A DNA stretch of 38,751 nt from a virus (taxonomy: Duplodnaviria > Caudoviricetes), in the IMG/VR virus record IMGVR_UViG_3300017589_000252, positions 1-38,751 of that record; one strand, given 5' to 3'. This document shows, piece by piece, positions 16,100-24,285 of the stretch. Position numbers and translations under genes: made by a program. The notes beneath the pieces are model-generated. The model was not told the origin of the DNA and ran no database searches. It saw nothing but the letters and a program-made list of their open reading frames with translations. How positions within the stretch are numbered: the first letter of the stretch is position 1; each line of letters starts with the position of its first letter.

Positions 16100-17938
16100 T
16101 TATTTCACCCCCAACATGTTTTTAAATATATCAACAGTAATTTTTGCGAGTTTTCTCGGGTTGTGCTCAGACACAGCTTCAGCCAAAAATTCTGAACTGT
16201 TGGTGTTTGCATAATCGGAAAGCTTATTCTTAATTATACTCGCATCATCAGCTAAATTGCAAGCGGCAAGTGCTCTTTTCTGCACTTCAGACGATACCTC
16301 GCGGCTTCTCAGCGCAGTAAACGCAGTGGTTATGGATGCAGGAGATGCCCCGACCTTGGTTGCACCGTATTTTTTCAAAGTATGGGCATACTCAAGCAGA
16401 TGCGCGCATTCATGTTTTGTTATACCATATAGCCCGTCTTTTGGGCTCCAGAATTGCATGCCCACCTCATCAGCAATCATTTTATCGATGGCCTTAAGAT
16501 TATTCAGTTTGCTACTGGAGAAGGAAAGTGATGCTGTAATTTTACCGTTACGGTGAGAAAGTGAAGCTTGAGCCACTGAGGGCATGTTCTTAAACTCAAC
16601 TCTGTCGATGAAACCATTCAGAACAGGATACTCAGAGAAGATTTTCTTGAGTGTCCGGTTAACCTCGTTTGCGACGCCGACCGATTGCCCGGTATAATCT
16701 ACGCTTGGCACGCCGAGCGTTTTGTTTGCCCAGTTCTGGGCTTCTTGCACAGTTTTTTGCGAGATAGATGATTCGGTAAAAGCGCCAGCATCGATAAGGG
16801 TCTTCTTTTTCTCGGCCCAAACGGCCCTCTGCGCCATACTCCTGTTGAATCCCAATACTTGCTCTCTATTCCCCAGCCGTGTTAGCCCGGTTTTTTGTAA
16901 GTGCTGCGCTTGCTTCAGCTGCCACGTTCTCACTTTTAGCAATTCTTTAGAATTATCCAAGCCGCCGGCTTCAAGCGTGGCAGCCCTGCGCTTCCAATGC
17001 CGGATCTGCCGCTCATTGTAACGCTGCACCTGTTCGGCCTCGTAGGTCTTCGGATCATACTTTTCCCGTGGCAACTTATCAGATACACCCTCGATGTAAG
17101 CATAGAACGAATGCCGGCAGTTCCACCCACAGAGACCGGCGCCGGTACCGTAACCGGTAGCTTCAGCAAGGTTGCGGTATTTCTCATTGTTGCCGGTCAG
17201 TTTGTAGACCTTGCCTTGCCAGGCAGCGTGCTCCGGACGGCTGTCATTGTGGCTAGTGACCTCGACAAGATCGGTGCCCAGCTCAGCAGCATTGTTAAGA
17301 CTCACCTCGGAGGTGGCCTGATTGACTCCCGTCACCAGAGCACGACGCACGGCAGCTTCAATGCTTGTATGTACCCCTGAAGCATAATCGAAACAAGATA
17401 CCCCGTCAGCGGCAAATTTTCTGACGGTTGCGTCAATGGCCATCTGCTCGGTAAAAGCGCCAGACTGAACCATGAGCTGCGCCTGGTCCATGTATTTATT
17501 GAGCTGCCCGGATGCGTCTACCGCAATCGTACCGGTAAGTTTTTTCAGCGTGCCTAGCGTTCGAATGGCATTTGCATTTAGTACCTGCGCGACGGAAGCA
17601 GAAGCGGTGAGCGGGATTGTATGAGCAGGGAGGAGGCCTATCTCAATCGCGGCTTTCTGGGTGGCGATATCCGTCTTGAGCGACTTGATACCGGCTTCTT
17701 TGAATAGGGAAGAGACCTCTTTGGTGGATAGGTTTAGCGTCTCGGCAATTACCTGTGCTATGTACTCCTGAGATGCTCCGAGCTCCTGAAGCTTGTAGGC
17801 CTGCCAGGCAGCACTGTCAGTAGCGTATCCAGCCTTTGCAATACGCCTGACTAAATCCTGCTGGATGGCACTCTGGAGCTCTGAATAGATCGCCTGCAAG
17901 GGTTCAGCTATGCCGTCGAGGTATTCGGGTGTGAGCAT
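16100..17938 (-). CDS. Minor capsid protein (Phage_min_cap2/MuF) with C-terminal zincin metallopeptidase extension
   Basis: MLTPEYL, SH..SRPEHAAWQGKVY and GLCGWNCRHSF; extension carries HECAH and SDYANTNSSEFLAEA. Confidence 0.9.
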   Translation of the reverse strand: MLTPEYLDGIAEPLQAIYSELQSAIQQDLVRRIAKAGYATDSAAWQAYKLQELGASQEYIAQVIAETLNLSTKEVSSLFKEAGIKSLKTDIATQKAAIEIGLLPAHTIPLTASASVAQVLNANAIRTLGTLKKLTGTIAVDASGQLNKYMDQAQLMVQSGAFTEQMAIDATVRKFAADGVSCFDYASGVHTSIEAAVRRALVTGVNQATSEVSLNNAAELGTDLVEVTSHNDSRPEHAAWQGKVYKLTGNNEKYRNLAEATGYGTGAGLCGWNCRHSFYAYIEGVSDKLPREKYDPKTYEAEQVQRYNERQIRHWKRRAATLEAGGLDNSKELLKVRTWQLKQAQHLQKTGLTRLGNREQVLGFNRSMAQRAVWAEKKKTLIDAGAFTESSISQKTVQEAQNWANKTLGVPSVDYTGQSVGVANEVNRTLKKIFSEYPVLNGFIDRVEFKNMPSVAQASLSHRNGKITASLSFSSSKLNNLKAIDKMIADEVGMQFWSPKDGLYGITKHECAHLLEYAHTLKKYGATKVGASPASITTAFTALRSREVSSEVQKRALAACNLADDASIIKNKLSDYANTNSSEFLAEAVSEHNPRKLAKITVDIFKNMLGVK

Positions 17939-19359
17939 TACCCGCCACCGCCCCCATCACCGAAGTCAATCTTCGGCGTCGCCGCCTCCGACTCTGCCGC
18001 AATCTCTCTAGCAGTTTTCTCATCGTACCCCTCGTATTCCGTGAGATACCGCCAGAGTGGAAACTTCCCCTGTGTCAATAGCAGCTGCATTCTGGTACGC
18101 TTATCATCAGGGCTGCTTATGATGCTATCATCCCAGCTGTAAGCCTGTTTGAGCTCCCCTTTTGGAGCCAAGGCGTACAGGGTGCAATAGAAATCATAGA
18201 CGGCCATCAGCTGCGTCAGGGCCGTTTCAAACGACTGCTGAATGCTGTTGACCGTGCTGTAGGTCTTCTGCTTATCTGATATGACCTGCGTTGCCGTAGC
18301 CAGTCCGGTTGTTTCGTCAACGCTGAAAGTCCCCTGACTGAATCCGGTCTGGGCTTCTATCTGGTTTAGGTGTCGGTTAAGTGCAGTGACTTGGCTGTCA
18401 ACACGAAGGGTGGGTGAGAAGGTTTCAAACAGAGTGGCTTTCCCGGCCTCTCCGGCCGCTCCGTTGTACATGTATTCTTTCCGACGCTTACGATCGGGCA
18501 GTGGATTTCCATTATCATCAAACTCTGTAAAGGTGCTGATATCGCGGTACCGCTTCAGCTCGCCGCCTTCAACCTCCCAGTCGAGGGCGTTATATGCTGT
18601 TGTGGCTGCCTTAATGCTGTCCACAGCCTTGCCGAATAGTGACACGCCCATAGGGTTATTGAGGTCGATGTGGTTGGCGCCTGGCATTTTGTAGTATGCG
18701 AACATTGGAACGACGGCGCCGACGATAGTCGCATCCGGAAGGATCTGCGCCCAGTCTGAAAAAGCGCTCAGGCTGTCTGCCTGCCCAAGATCAGCGCCGC
18801 CATAGGACGAACGGTAGACCCTGTTGCTGATCTCATACGTACCATTGCCTTTATAGTTCCAGTTTTCAAGTCGCGTGTACATGTACTTGCCTTTTTTGCG
18901 CTGCTCGATGAATATGCCGCCCTGAATGCCCGTAGTGTCATACTGAACAGGAAAGAAGAGATCCTGCGTGATGAAGTCGGTGACCAGCTTAGTACCGTCA
19001 AAACGCGGCTTGAGTATCAAGCCACCCATAGCGCAAGCGTATTCAGTAAGCTCACCCGCCTGGTTCAATATCTGCTGGTTTAACAGCCCTTGCACATGCT
19101 TGGCTCTTGGCGAATCACCGGTGCTGACCTCCATTTCAGAAACAACCAGACGTGCAGCCTCATGGCAGACAGTAGCGGCTATCTTCGGATCCTTCATGTC
19201 CTGGAATTCTGTGCCCGAGTAAATCCGCTTCCACGCTGTCGTATATTCCAGCATTGGATTGTTGCTCAGGTCGTTTTCGTCCAACTTGAGCGCTGCCAGT
19301 ATCTCGCTGCGGTTAAACAGCGCATTCCATAGATTCTTGATTGCTTGTATGATATTCAC
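17938..19359 (-). CDS. Portal protein (SPP1 gp6/A118-like)
   Basis: Follows TerL; YTRLE, PMGVSLF, TATQVIS and WDDSII. Confidence 0.92.
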   Translation of the reverse strand: MNIIQAIKNLWNALFNRSEILAALKLDENDLSNNPMLEYTTAWKRIYSGTEFQDMKDPKIAATVCHEAARLVVSEMEVSTGDSPRAKHVQGLLNQQILNQAGELTEYACAMGGLILKPRFDGTKLVTDFITQDLFFPVQYDTTGIQGGIFIEQRKKGKYMYTRLENWNYKGNGTYEISNRVYRSSYGGADLGQADSLSAFSDWAQILPDATIVGAVVPMFAYYKMPGANHIDLNNPMGVSLFGKAVDSIKAATTAYNALDWEVEGGELKRYRDISTFTEFDDNGNPLPDRKRRKEYMYNGAAGEAGKATLFETFSPTLRVDSQVTALNRHLNQIEAQTGFSQGTFSVDETTGLATATQVISDKQKTYSTVNSIQQSFETALTQLMAVYDFYCTLYALAPKGELKQAYSWDDSIISSPDDKRTRMQLLLTQGKFPLWRYLTEYEGYDEKTAREIAAESEAATPKIDFGDGGGGG

Positions 19360-20654
19360 CCCTTATCCCTCCCGAGTAGATTCAGACCGTATTTATAGGC
19401 GTTGCGCCTGATATGCGTATAGCAGAAATACCGCATCATATCCATGCAGTGATCCGCTTCTTTGACCGGTTTATCCTCGACCGATTCTTTGTCCCAGCAG
19501 TAGCCCTGTATCTCCTTCAGCGTGTTCACGCAGCAGTCGCAGATACACAGCTTGCCAACTTGAAAAAGGCTACCTGTAAAGCGGATTCCGTCCACCACAG
19601 CATTACTTGCCTGCAAGACAATGAAACGGCCATGCCGGCGGATGGAGGCGATGAAGGAGGCTGCAGAAGGGTCGACGATGATCGTTTTCACGGGCACATC
19701 ACCGACAAACTTGACGAGGTCCTGATAATATTCCTCGTCGGTCTTTTGCTTTTGTGTCTCGCGCCCGGAATAGTAATACTCGCATATCAGATACCAGACG
19801 CCCTGGAAGTATCCCCACAACCCAAAGACAGTAGCATTCTGGGTGCCGTAGTCGCAGGAGAGCATATATTCCGTATACTTGCGCGGCTCCGGCTCTTCGT
19901 CCTTACTCTTTGGAATAGACGGCACGAGATGCTTGGCCATATCGAACATATCGTAGATCAGGCCTTCGGCTACGGCCCAGAGCCCGAGGATATACCGTTT
20001 GTAGAAGACGCCGGAATAAAGAGAACGATAGCGGGCTTTGATCTTCTCAGACAAGCTCAGGTTATCGTCCATGGTAAAATGCAAATAGAGCAGGTTTTTC
20101 TCAATAGTTTTATTGATCCAGTTTGTTTTGAACCAGTGATACGGGCCGTCGGGGTTGCAGTTGAACCAGAACTTAGAACCCTCAACGGAGCACCGCCCGG
20201 TGGCCTGGTTGATAAAGCTCTCAGGCATCAACGCGACTTCATCAAAAAAGCAGCCGGCAAGAGTGATACCTTGTATCAGATCCTGCGACCGCTCATCCTT
20301 ACCGCCAAATATGTAAAAGTAATTTGTGACGCTGCCTTTTGTTACCACAAGAAGGTTGTCAGATCGGTGATCGACTGCTCCATAGCCTCTTGACTTGAGC
20401 ATAAGCTTCAGCCAAAAAAGTACGTTGCGCCGGAAGGATCCAATTGTCTTGCCGCACATGCCGAAGTTCTGACCTGCAAAGCAAGTCATTGCCCAGATCA
20501 CGAAGGACAGGGACATCGACAGCGTTTTACCTGACCTGATGGCCCCGTCGGCTATAATACCGTCCATATCGCAAACAGGGGTGTTAGGCAGCCACCAAGT
20601 GAGAACCTTCAGCTGCTTCTTTGAGAACGGCTTAAATTTGAATACGGCGGTCAT
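19356..20654 (-). CDS. terL: Terminase large subunit, PBSX family
   Basis: Walker A DGAIRSGKT, Walker B FFDEVALMP, nuclease motifs CDYG, DPSA and DHCMD. Confidence 0.96.
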   Translation of the reverse strand: MTAVFKFKPFSKKQLKVLTWWLPNTPVCDMDGIIADGAIRSGKTLSMSLSFVIWAMTCFAGQNFGMCGKTIGSFRRNVLFWLKLMLKSRGYGAVDHRSDNLLVVTKGSVTNYFYIFGGKDERSQDLIQGITLAGCFFDEVALMPESFINQATGRCSVEGSKFWFNCNPDGPYHWFKTNWINKTIEKNLLYLHFTMDDNLSLSEKIKARYRSLYSGVFYKRYILGLWAVAEGLIYDMFDMAKHLVPSIPKSKDEEPEPRKYTEYMLSCDYGTQNATVFGLWGYFQGVWYLICEYYYSGRETQKQKTDEEYYQDLVKFVGDVPVKTIIVDPSAASFIASIRRHGRFIVLQASNAVVDGIRFTGSLFQVGKLCICDCCVNTLKEIQGYCWDKESVEDKPVKEADHCMDMMRYFCYTHIRRNAYKYGLNLLGRDKG

Positions 20655-21178
20655 TATTCGTCCTGCCATACTTCGTCAACCTTTCCGGCAAGAGCGTCGA
20701 TAAAGCCGTCGTCTTCAGTGGATCCGGATTCATCGTCTGGCTTACTATTGAACATACCCAGGTGCTTACCTATCAGCTCCAAAGCCTTCATCTTGTCATA
20801 GGTCTTTACCTCAACGGCTCCCTTCGCCCCCTTTTTGATCGACGCCACAGCGGCTCGCTTCTCCGGCGGTAAATCGGCGGTGGGTGTGAGAGAGACCCGG
20901 TTACGCTTAAATACTGTCGCAAAATCCGTCCCATCGGCAGAAGCAATCTTCATTAGCTCCGTCAAGACAAAGTCCTGGGTGATCTCCGTCCGGCGGATCC
21001 TCGCAGCCTTGCGTTTCTCTATCTGTTCGGCGACTGAAGTTTTCTGAAGTAGTTCAGCGCCGATCCTGTATGCTGTTTTCTCGCTGTAACCGGCACGGAT
21101 GGCCGCCTGCGTCGCGTTCAAGTCAATCAAGTATTCATCAACAAATCTTTTCTGGCGCTCTGTCAGCTCAGCCACCAT
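20654..21178 (-). CDS. terS: Terminase small subunit
   Basis: LTERQKRFVDEYLIDLNATQAAIRAGYS...KALELIGKHLGMF; start at 21175 or 21178. Confidence 0.95.
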   Translation of the reverse strand: MVAELTERQKRFVDEYLIDLNATQAAIRAGYSEKTAYRIGAELLQKTSVAEQIEKRKAARIRRTEITQDFVLTELMKIASADGTDFATVFKRNRVSLTPTADLPPEKRAAVASIKKGAKGAVEVKTYDKMKALELIGKHLGMFNSKPDDESGSTEDDGFIDALAGKVDEVWQDE

Positions 21179-21216
21179 CACCACCACTCTTCATTCGTTT
21201 TAAAAAACGCGCATAG

Positions 21217-21246
21217 AAAAAGCGCCGGCCGTGTGGCTGACGCTTT
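21217..21246 (-). terminator. Moron terminator upstream of terS
   Basis: AAAGCGTCAGCC-ACAC-GGCCGGCGCTTTTT. Confidence 0.75.
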
Positions 21247-21259
21247 AAGCTTTTGTAAC

Positions 21260-21736
21260 TTACTGCTTGTTTTCTTCCATCCACTTTGTGTTATACAAAT
21301 TTTCCATTTGAAGCTCGGGCATGATGTGTTTCATAACTTCAAGAACTTTATAGTTGACTCTTACTTCATCGTGTATTTCCCAAAATGTATGGCATAACTC
21401 TTCAGTGATAAACAACAGAATCTTTAAATCATTGAAATTGTCATCAATCCATTTTTGTATAGGATAAATAACTAAATGCGAAATACAATACGCCAATTGT
21501 TCATTATCTCGTTGGATGGCAAAGTCCCCGTATGGCGTTATTATGCAAATCACATTAAGAATGTTGTTTAGTTTTTTTTCTTTTTCTAATTGCTCTGCGA
21601 CTGCCCGATATGATTGACTTAATAATACTCTTATATTATCTTGGATTGGGATCGTTGTAAGTAAATGTAATTTCCCGACAAGTCTTTCGTCTATATGCGG
21701 GCCAGGCGTATTTATTGCACCTACCAATCGGCTCAT
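21260..21736 (-). CDS. Moron: hypothetical protein with EExxH motif
   Basis: AT-rich, AAGGAG RBS, own promoter and terminator; ITEELCHTFWEIHDE. Confidence 0.8.
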   Translation of the reverse strand: MSRLVGAINTPGPHIDERLVGKLHLLTTIPIQDNIRVLLSQSYRAVAEQLEKEKKLNNILNVICIITPYGDFAIQRDNEQLAYCISHLVIYPIQKWIDDNFNDLKILLFITEELCHTFWEIHDEVRVNYKVLEVMKHIMPELQMENLYNTKWMEENKQ

Positions 21737-21759
21737 ATTTTTATTTCTCCTTTTTTATT

Positions 21760-21788
21760 ATCATACAGCAAAAGGAAAAAAACAGCAA
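21760..21788 (-). promoter_or_regulatory. Moron promoter
   Basis: TTGCTG-17 nt-TATGAT. Confidence 0.6.
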
Positions 21789-21825
21789 ACCGTTTCAAAT
21801 AAATTCATTGCATGAATAAGATGCT

Positions 21826-21858
21826 AAAACGAAGAGAGCGCCCATAACGGACGCCCTC
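21826..21858 (-). terminator. Hairpin/possible terminator just after the late promoter
   Basis: GAGGGCGTCC-GTTAT-GGGCGCTCTC followed by TTCGTTTT. Confidence 0.55.
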
Positions 21859-21884
21859 ATGCCTGGACAATTATTCACAATATC

Positions 21885-21928
21885 ATCATAACACAGATTT
21901 TCTGAAAAAGTGTCGCAATTTTGTCGCA
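21885..21928 (-). promoter_or_regulatory. Late promoter with activator direct repeats
   Basis: TGCGACA twice at 11-bp period (21911-21928), upstream of the extended -10 TGTGT-TATGAT and directly after the activator gene. Confidence 0.7.
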
Positions 21929-21933
21929 TCTTT

Positions 21934-22371
21934 TCAGGTGACCACAGCGCCATAAAATGCCCTGGCAAAGCTAATAATCGCCTCATCTCGCCACCGGTAC
22001 GCAGTTGCCCGGTCGCAGTGTTCGCGGTTGGCCACACGCTCGGCGCCGTTGCCATTGGTGTCTATGTAAAACCCTGTCAGCACGGCCCTGTCCCGTTCCG
22101 ACAGCACCACCCACGCCGTGTTGAACCTCTTTAGCCGGCGCCGGACGTTCTTCAGTCTCCGCTCTTCATCCATCTGTGAGGCGATGATAGACAGCCAACG
22201 CTCTTCTGTTTTATTACCCCCGCCCTGTACAGGGTCAGACTGCGGGGAAGGGATCTTCATGCTGTGCAGCTCTGCGGTCAGTTCGTCCAACCTGTTCCGG
22301 CATATGCGGTCGGCCGACCGAAGTTCATTGATGTGCCGCAGCTCGTCAACGGCCAATTTTCGATAATCCAT
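21934..22371 (-). CDS. ArpU/RinA-like late transcriptional activator
   Basis: VQGGG, LSERDRAVL..FY and a C-terminal HTH (RATAYRWRDEAI); last gene before packaging. Confidence 0.85.
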   Translation of the reverse strand: MDYRKLAVDELRHINELRSADRICRNRLDELTAELHSMKIPSPQSDPVQGGGNKTEERWLSIIASQMDEERRLKNVRRRLKRFNTAWVVLSERDRAVLTGFYIDTNGNGAERVANREHCDRATAYRWRDEAIISFARAFYGAVVT

Positions 22372-23750
22372 TAGGTTTTACCTCCGGTCACTTTTTCGAT
22401 TCTTGCCTTCAGGGCCTGCATCAGTTCCTCCTGAGTATCACCCTTACTGTGCAAGGCGCTTATTACGTCCTCATCTACACCGCCCTGCACCACCAGGTGG
22501 TGGGCTACCACAGGGTGCTGCTGGCCCTGCCTGTGTAGGCGCTTATTTGCCTGCTGGTACTGTTCCAGACTCCAGGTCAGGCCGAACCAGATGATGTGAT
22601 GCCCTCCGCCCTGTAAGTTGAGGCCGTACGCGCAGCTGGCCGGATGCGCCAGCAGGATATCAATCCGCCCAGCATTCCACGCGTCTTCATCCTCCGGCCC
22701 GTGGTACACCTTGACGCGCAGGTCTGACTTAGCCAGTGCCTTTAGCAGCCGGTCGCGATCGTGCTTGAAGTTGTAGAACACCAAGGCGTGGGCACCGTGC
22801 AGCTGCTCCACCGTCTCCAGGAAGGCCTCCACCTTGCACTCGTGGATCTCAGCGATACCACCGGCATTGTCGTACACCGCGCCATCGCAAAGCTGCAGGA
22901 GCTTGTTGGTCAGCACCGCAGCAGTTCCGGCGGTAATGGTGGAGTCCTTTAGCTCCAACAGCATTTCCCGCTCCATCTTTTTGTAGGCTTTTTCGGCGGG
23001 GCCGTCCAGCACCACGGGGATCTCTTCTTCGATATAGTCCGGCAGCTCAAGGTAATCCTCGGCCTTCATACTAACGCAGATATCCGAGATCGCCGCCCGA
23101 ATCGTGCCATCCGCACCCTCCCGTGGGGCGTAGGTGTAGATCTGTGTCCGGCTGCGCTTATCCGGATCGAAAAACATCTTGCGGTACTCGGTCATGGTCT
23201 TACCCAGCCTTGCGCCGCTGTCCAGAAGGTAGATCTGCGCCCAGAGATCCTCAAGGCCGTTCGGCGCCGGCGTGCCGGTCAGCTCCACCAACCGCTTGAT
23301 ACGACTCCGCACCAGCTTTAAGAATTTGAACCGCTTTGCTTGTGGATTCTTAAAGCTGGAGGACTCGTCCAGCACCACCATGTCAAATGGCCACGCGTTG
23401 CGATAATGCTCAACCAGCCACTGCACGTTTTCCCTGTTAATAACCCACACATCGCCGGGGGTATTTAGCGCACGGATCCGCTTCTGTTCACTGCCCAGTA
23501 CCGGGATGATCCGGAGATGCTGCAGGTGGTCCCACTTGGAAGCTTCTTTGCTCCAGGTAGCTTCCGCCACTTTTTTGGGGGCGATGACCAGTGCCCTGGA
23601 CACAGCCCAGCGATTATACCGAAGGTCGTTGATGGCGGTCAGGGTGATCACCGTTTTGCCTAGCCCCATATCCAGAAACAGTCCCAGCGCCGGATCCACC
23701 AAGATACGCTCGATGCAGTAACGCTGGTAGTTATGCGGAATGAACTTCAT
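22371..23750 (-). CDS. SNF2-family helicase
   Basis: DMGLGKT, LDESS, LTGTP, GLNLQ and QANKRLHRQGQ. Confidence 0.95.
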   Translation of the reverse strand: MKFIPHNYQRYCIERILVDPALGLFLDMGLGKTVITLTAINDLRYNRWAVSRALVIAPKKVAEATWSKEASKWDHLQHLRIIPVLGSEQKRIRALNTPGDVWVINRENVQWLVEHYRNAWPFDMVVLDESSSFKNPQAKRFKFLKLVRSRIKRLVELTGTPAPNGLEDLWAQIYLLDSGARLGKTMTEYRKMFFDPDKRSRTQIYTYAPREGADGTIRAAISDICVSMKAEDYLELPDYIEEEIPVVLDGPAEKAYKKMEREMLLELKDSTITAGTAAVLTNKLLQLCDGAVYDNAGGIAEIHECKVEAFLETVEQLHGAHALVFYNFKHDRDRLLKALAKSDLRVKVYHGPEDEDAWNAGRIDILLAHPASCAYGLNLQGGGHHIIWFGLTWSLEQYQQANKRLHRQGQQHPVVAHHLVVQGGVDEDVISALHSKGDTQEELMQALKARIEKVTGGKT

Positions 23751-24030
23751 GCGGCATCACCTCCTTCTCCACAAAAGCTTTCACCTGATCCAGACCTTTC
23801 AGCACCCGGACGTCGGCGCCCCTTTTCTCCATCTCTGAACGCTGCCACTTTTGGAGACTGGACAGCTTGCCTACTTCGGTCTTCAGTTCCACGAACACCA
23901 CCCTGCCATCTGGTAAAAGGATGAGACGGTCGGGTACACCCGGATTGCCGGGGGAAACAAACTTGAAACATAGGCCGCCCTGTTCCCGGATCAACTTTAC
24001 CAGTCTGGCCTCAATTACACTTTCCTTCAA
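23731..24030 (-). CDS. VRR-NUC nuclease
   Basis: E..IE, KFVSPG..GVPDR, FVELK, LS.LQ; probable TTG start at 24030. Confidence 0.92.
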   Translation of the reverse strand: MKESVIEARLVKLIREQGGLCFKFVSPGNPGVPDRLILLPDGRVVFVELKTEVGKLSSLQKWQRSEMEKRGADVRVLKGLDQVKAFVEKEVMPHEVHSA

Positions 24031-24124
24031 ACTTGACACTCTCCCTACTACGCGTGCACGCGACGCGCACACACACGAATATGTCACGTATTAGGCGTGT
24101 TAGGCGTTATATACACTCTCTAAT

Positions 24125-24285
24125 ACCTCTAATTATTTTTTTATTATATAAACTGTAACATCTGTTAATCTGTTGCATTAATTGTGTCGCAATGGATTAT
24201 ACGGTTACAGTTAATTTTTGTAAGTGTTGTATCTGTAACAATAATCTGTAACACTTTTCAAAGTGTAACACCCTCATCTGTAACG
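24125..24285. repeat. Putative replication origin: TGTAAC iterons plus AT-rich tract
   Basis: TGTAAC-core repeats at 24153, 24231, 24244, 24264 and 24276, an inverted copy at 24204, and an AT-only run near 24130-24152. Confidence 0.65.

Noticed and set aside
21795-22055. 86-aa ORF spanning the late promoter
   Set aside because: Overlaps the activator gene out of frame and crosses promoter and hairpin elements; no RBS.
24125-24285. Mini-CRISPR array
   Set aside because: The repeats are only 6-10 bp, irregularly spaced and in both orientations, which fits iterons. The Cas4-like DUF2800 gene is a standard replication-module nuclease.
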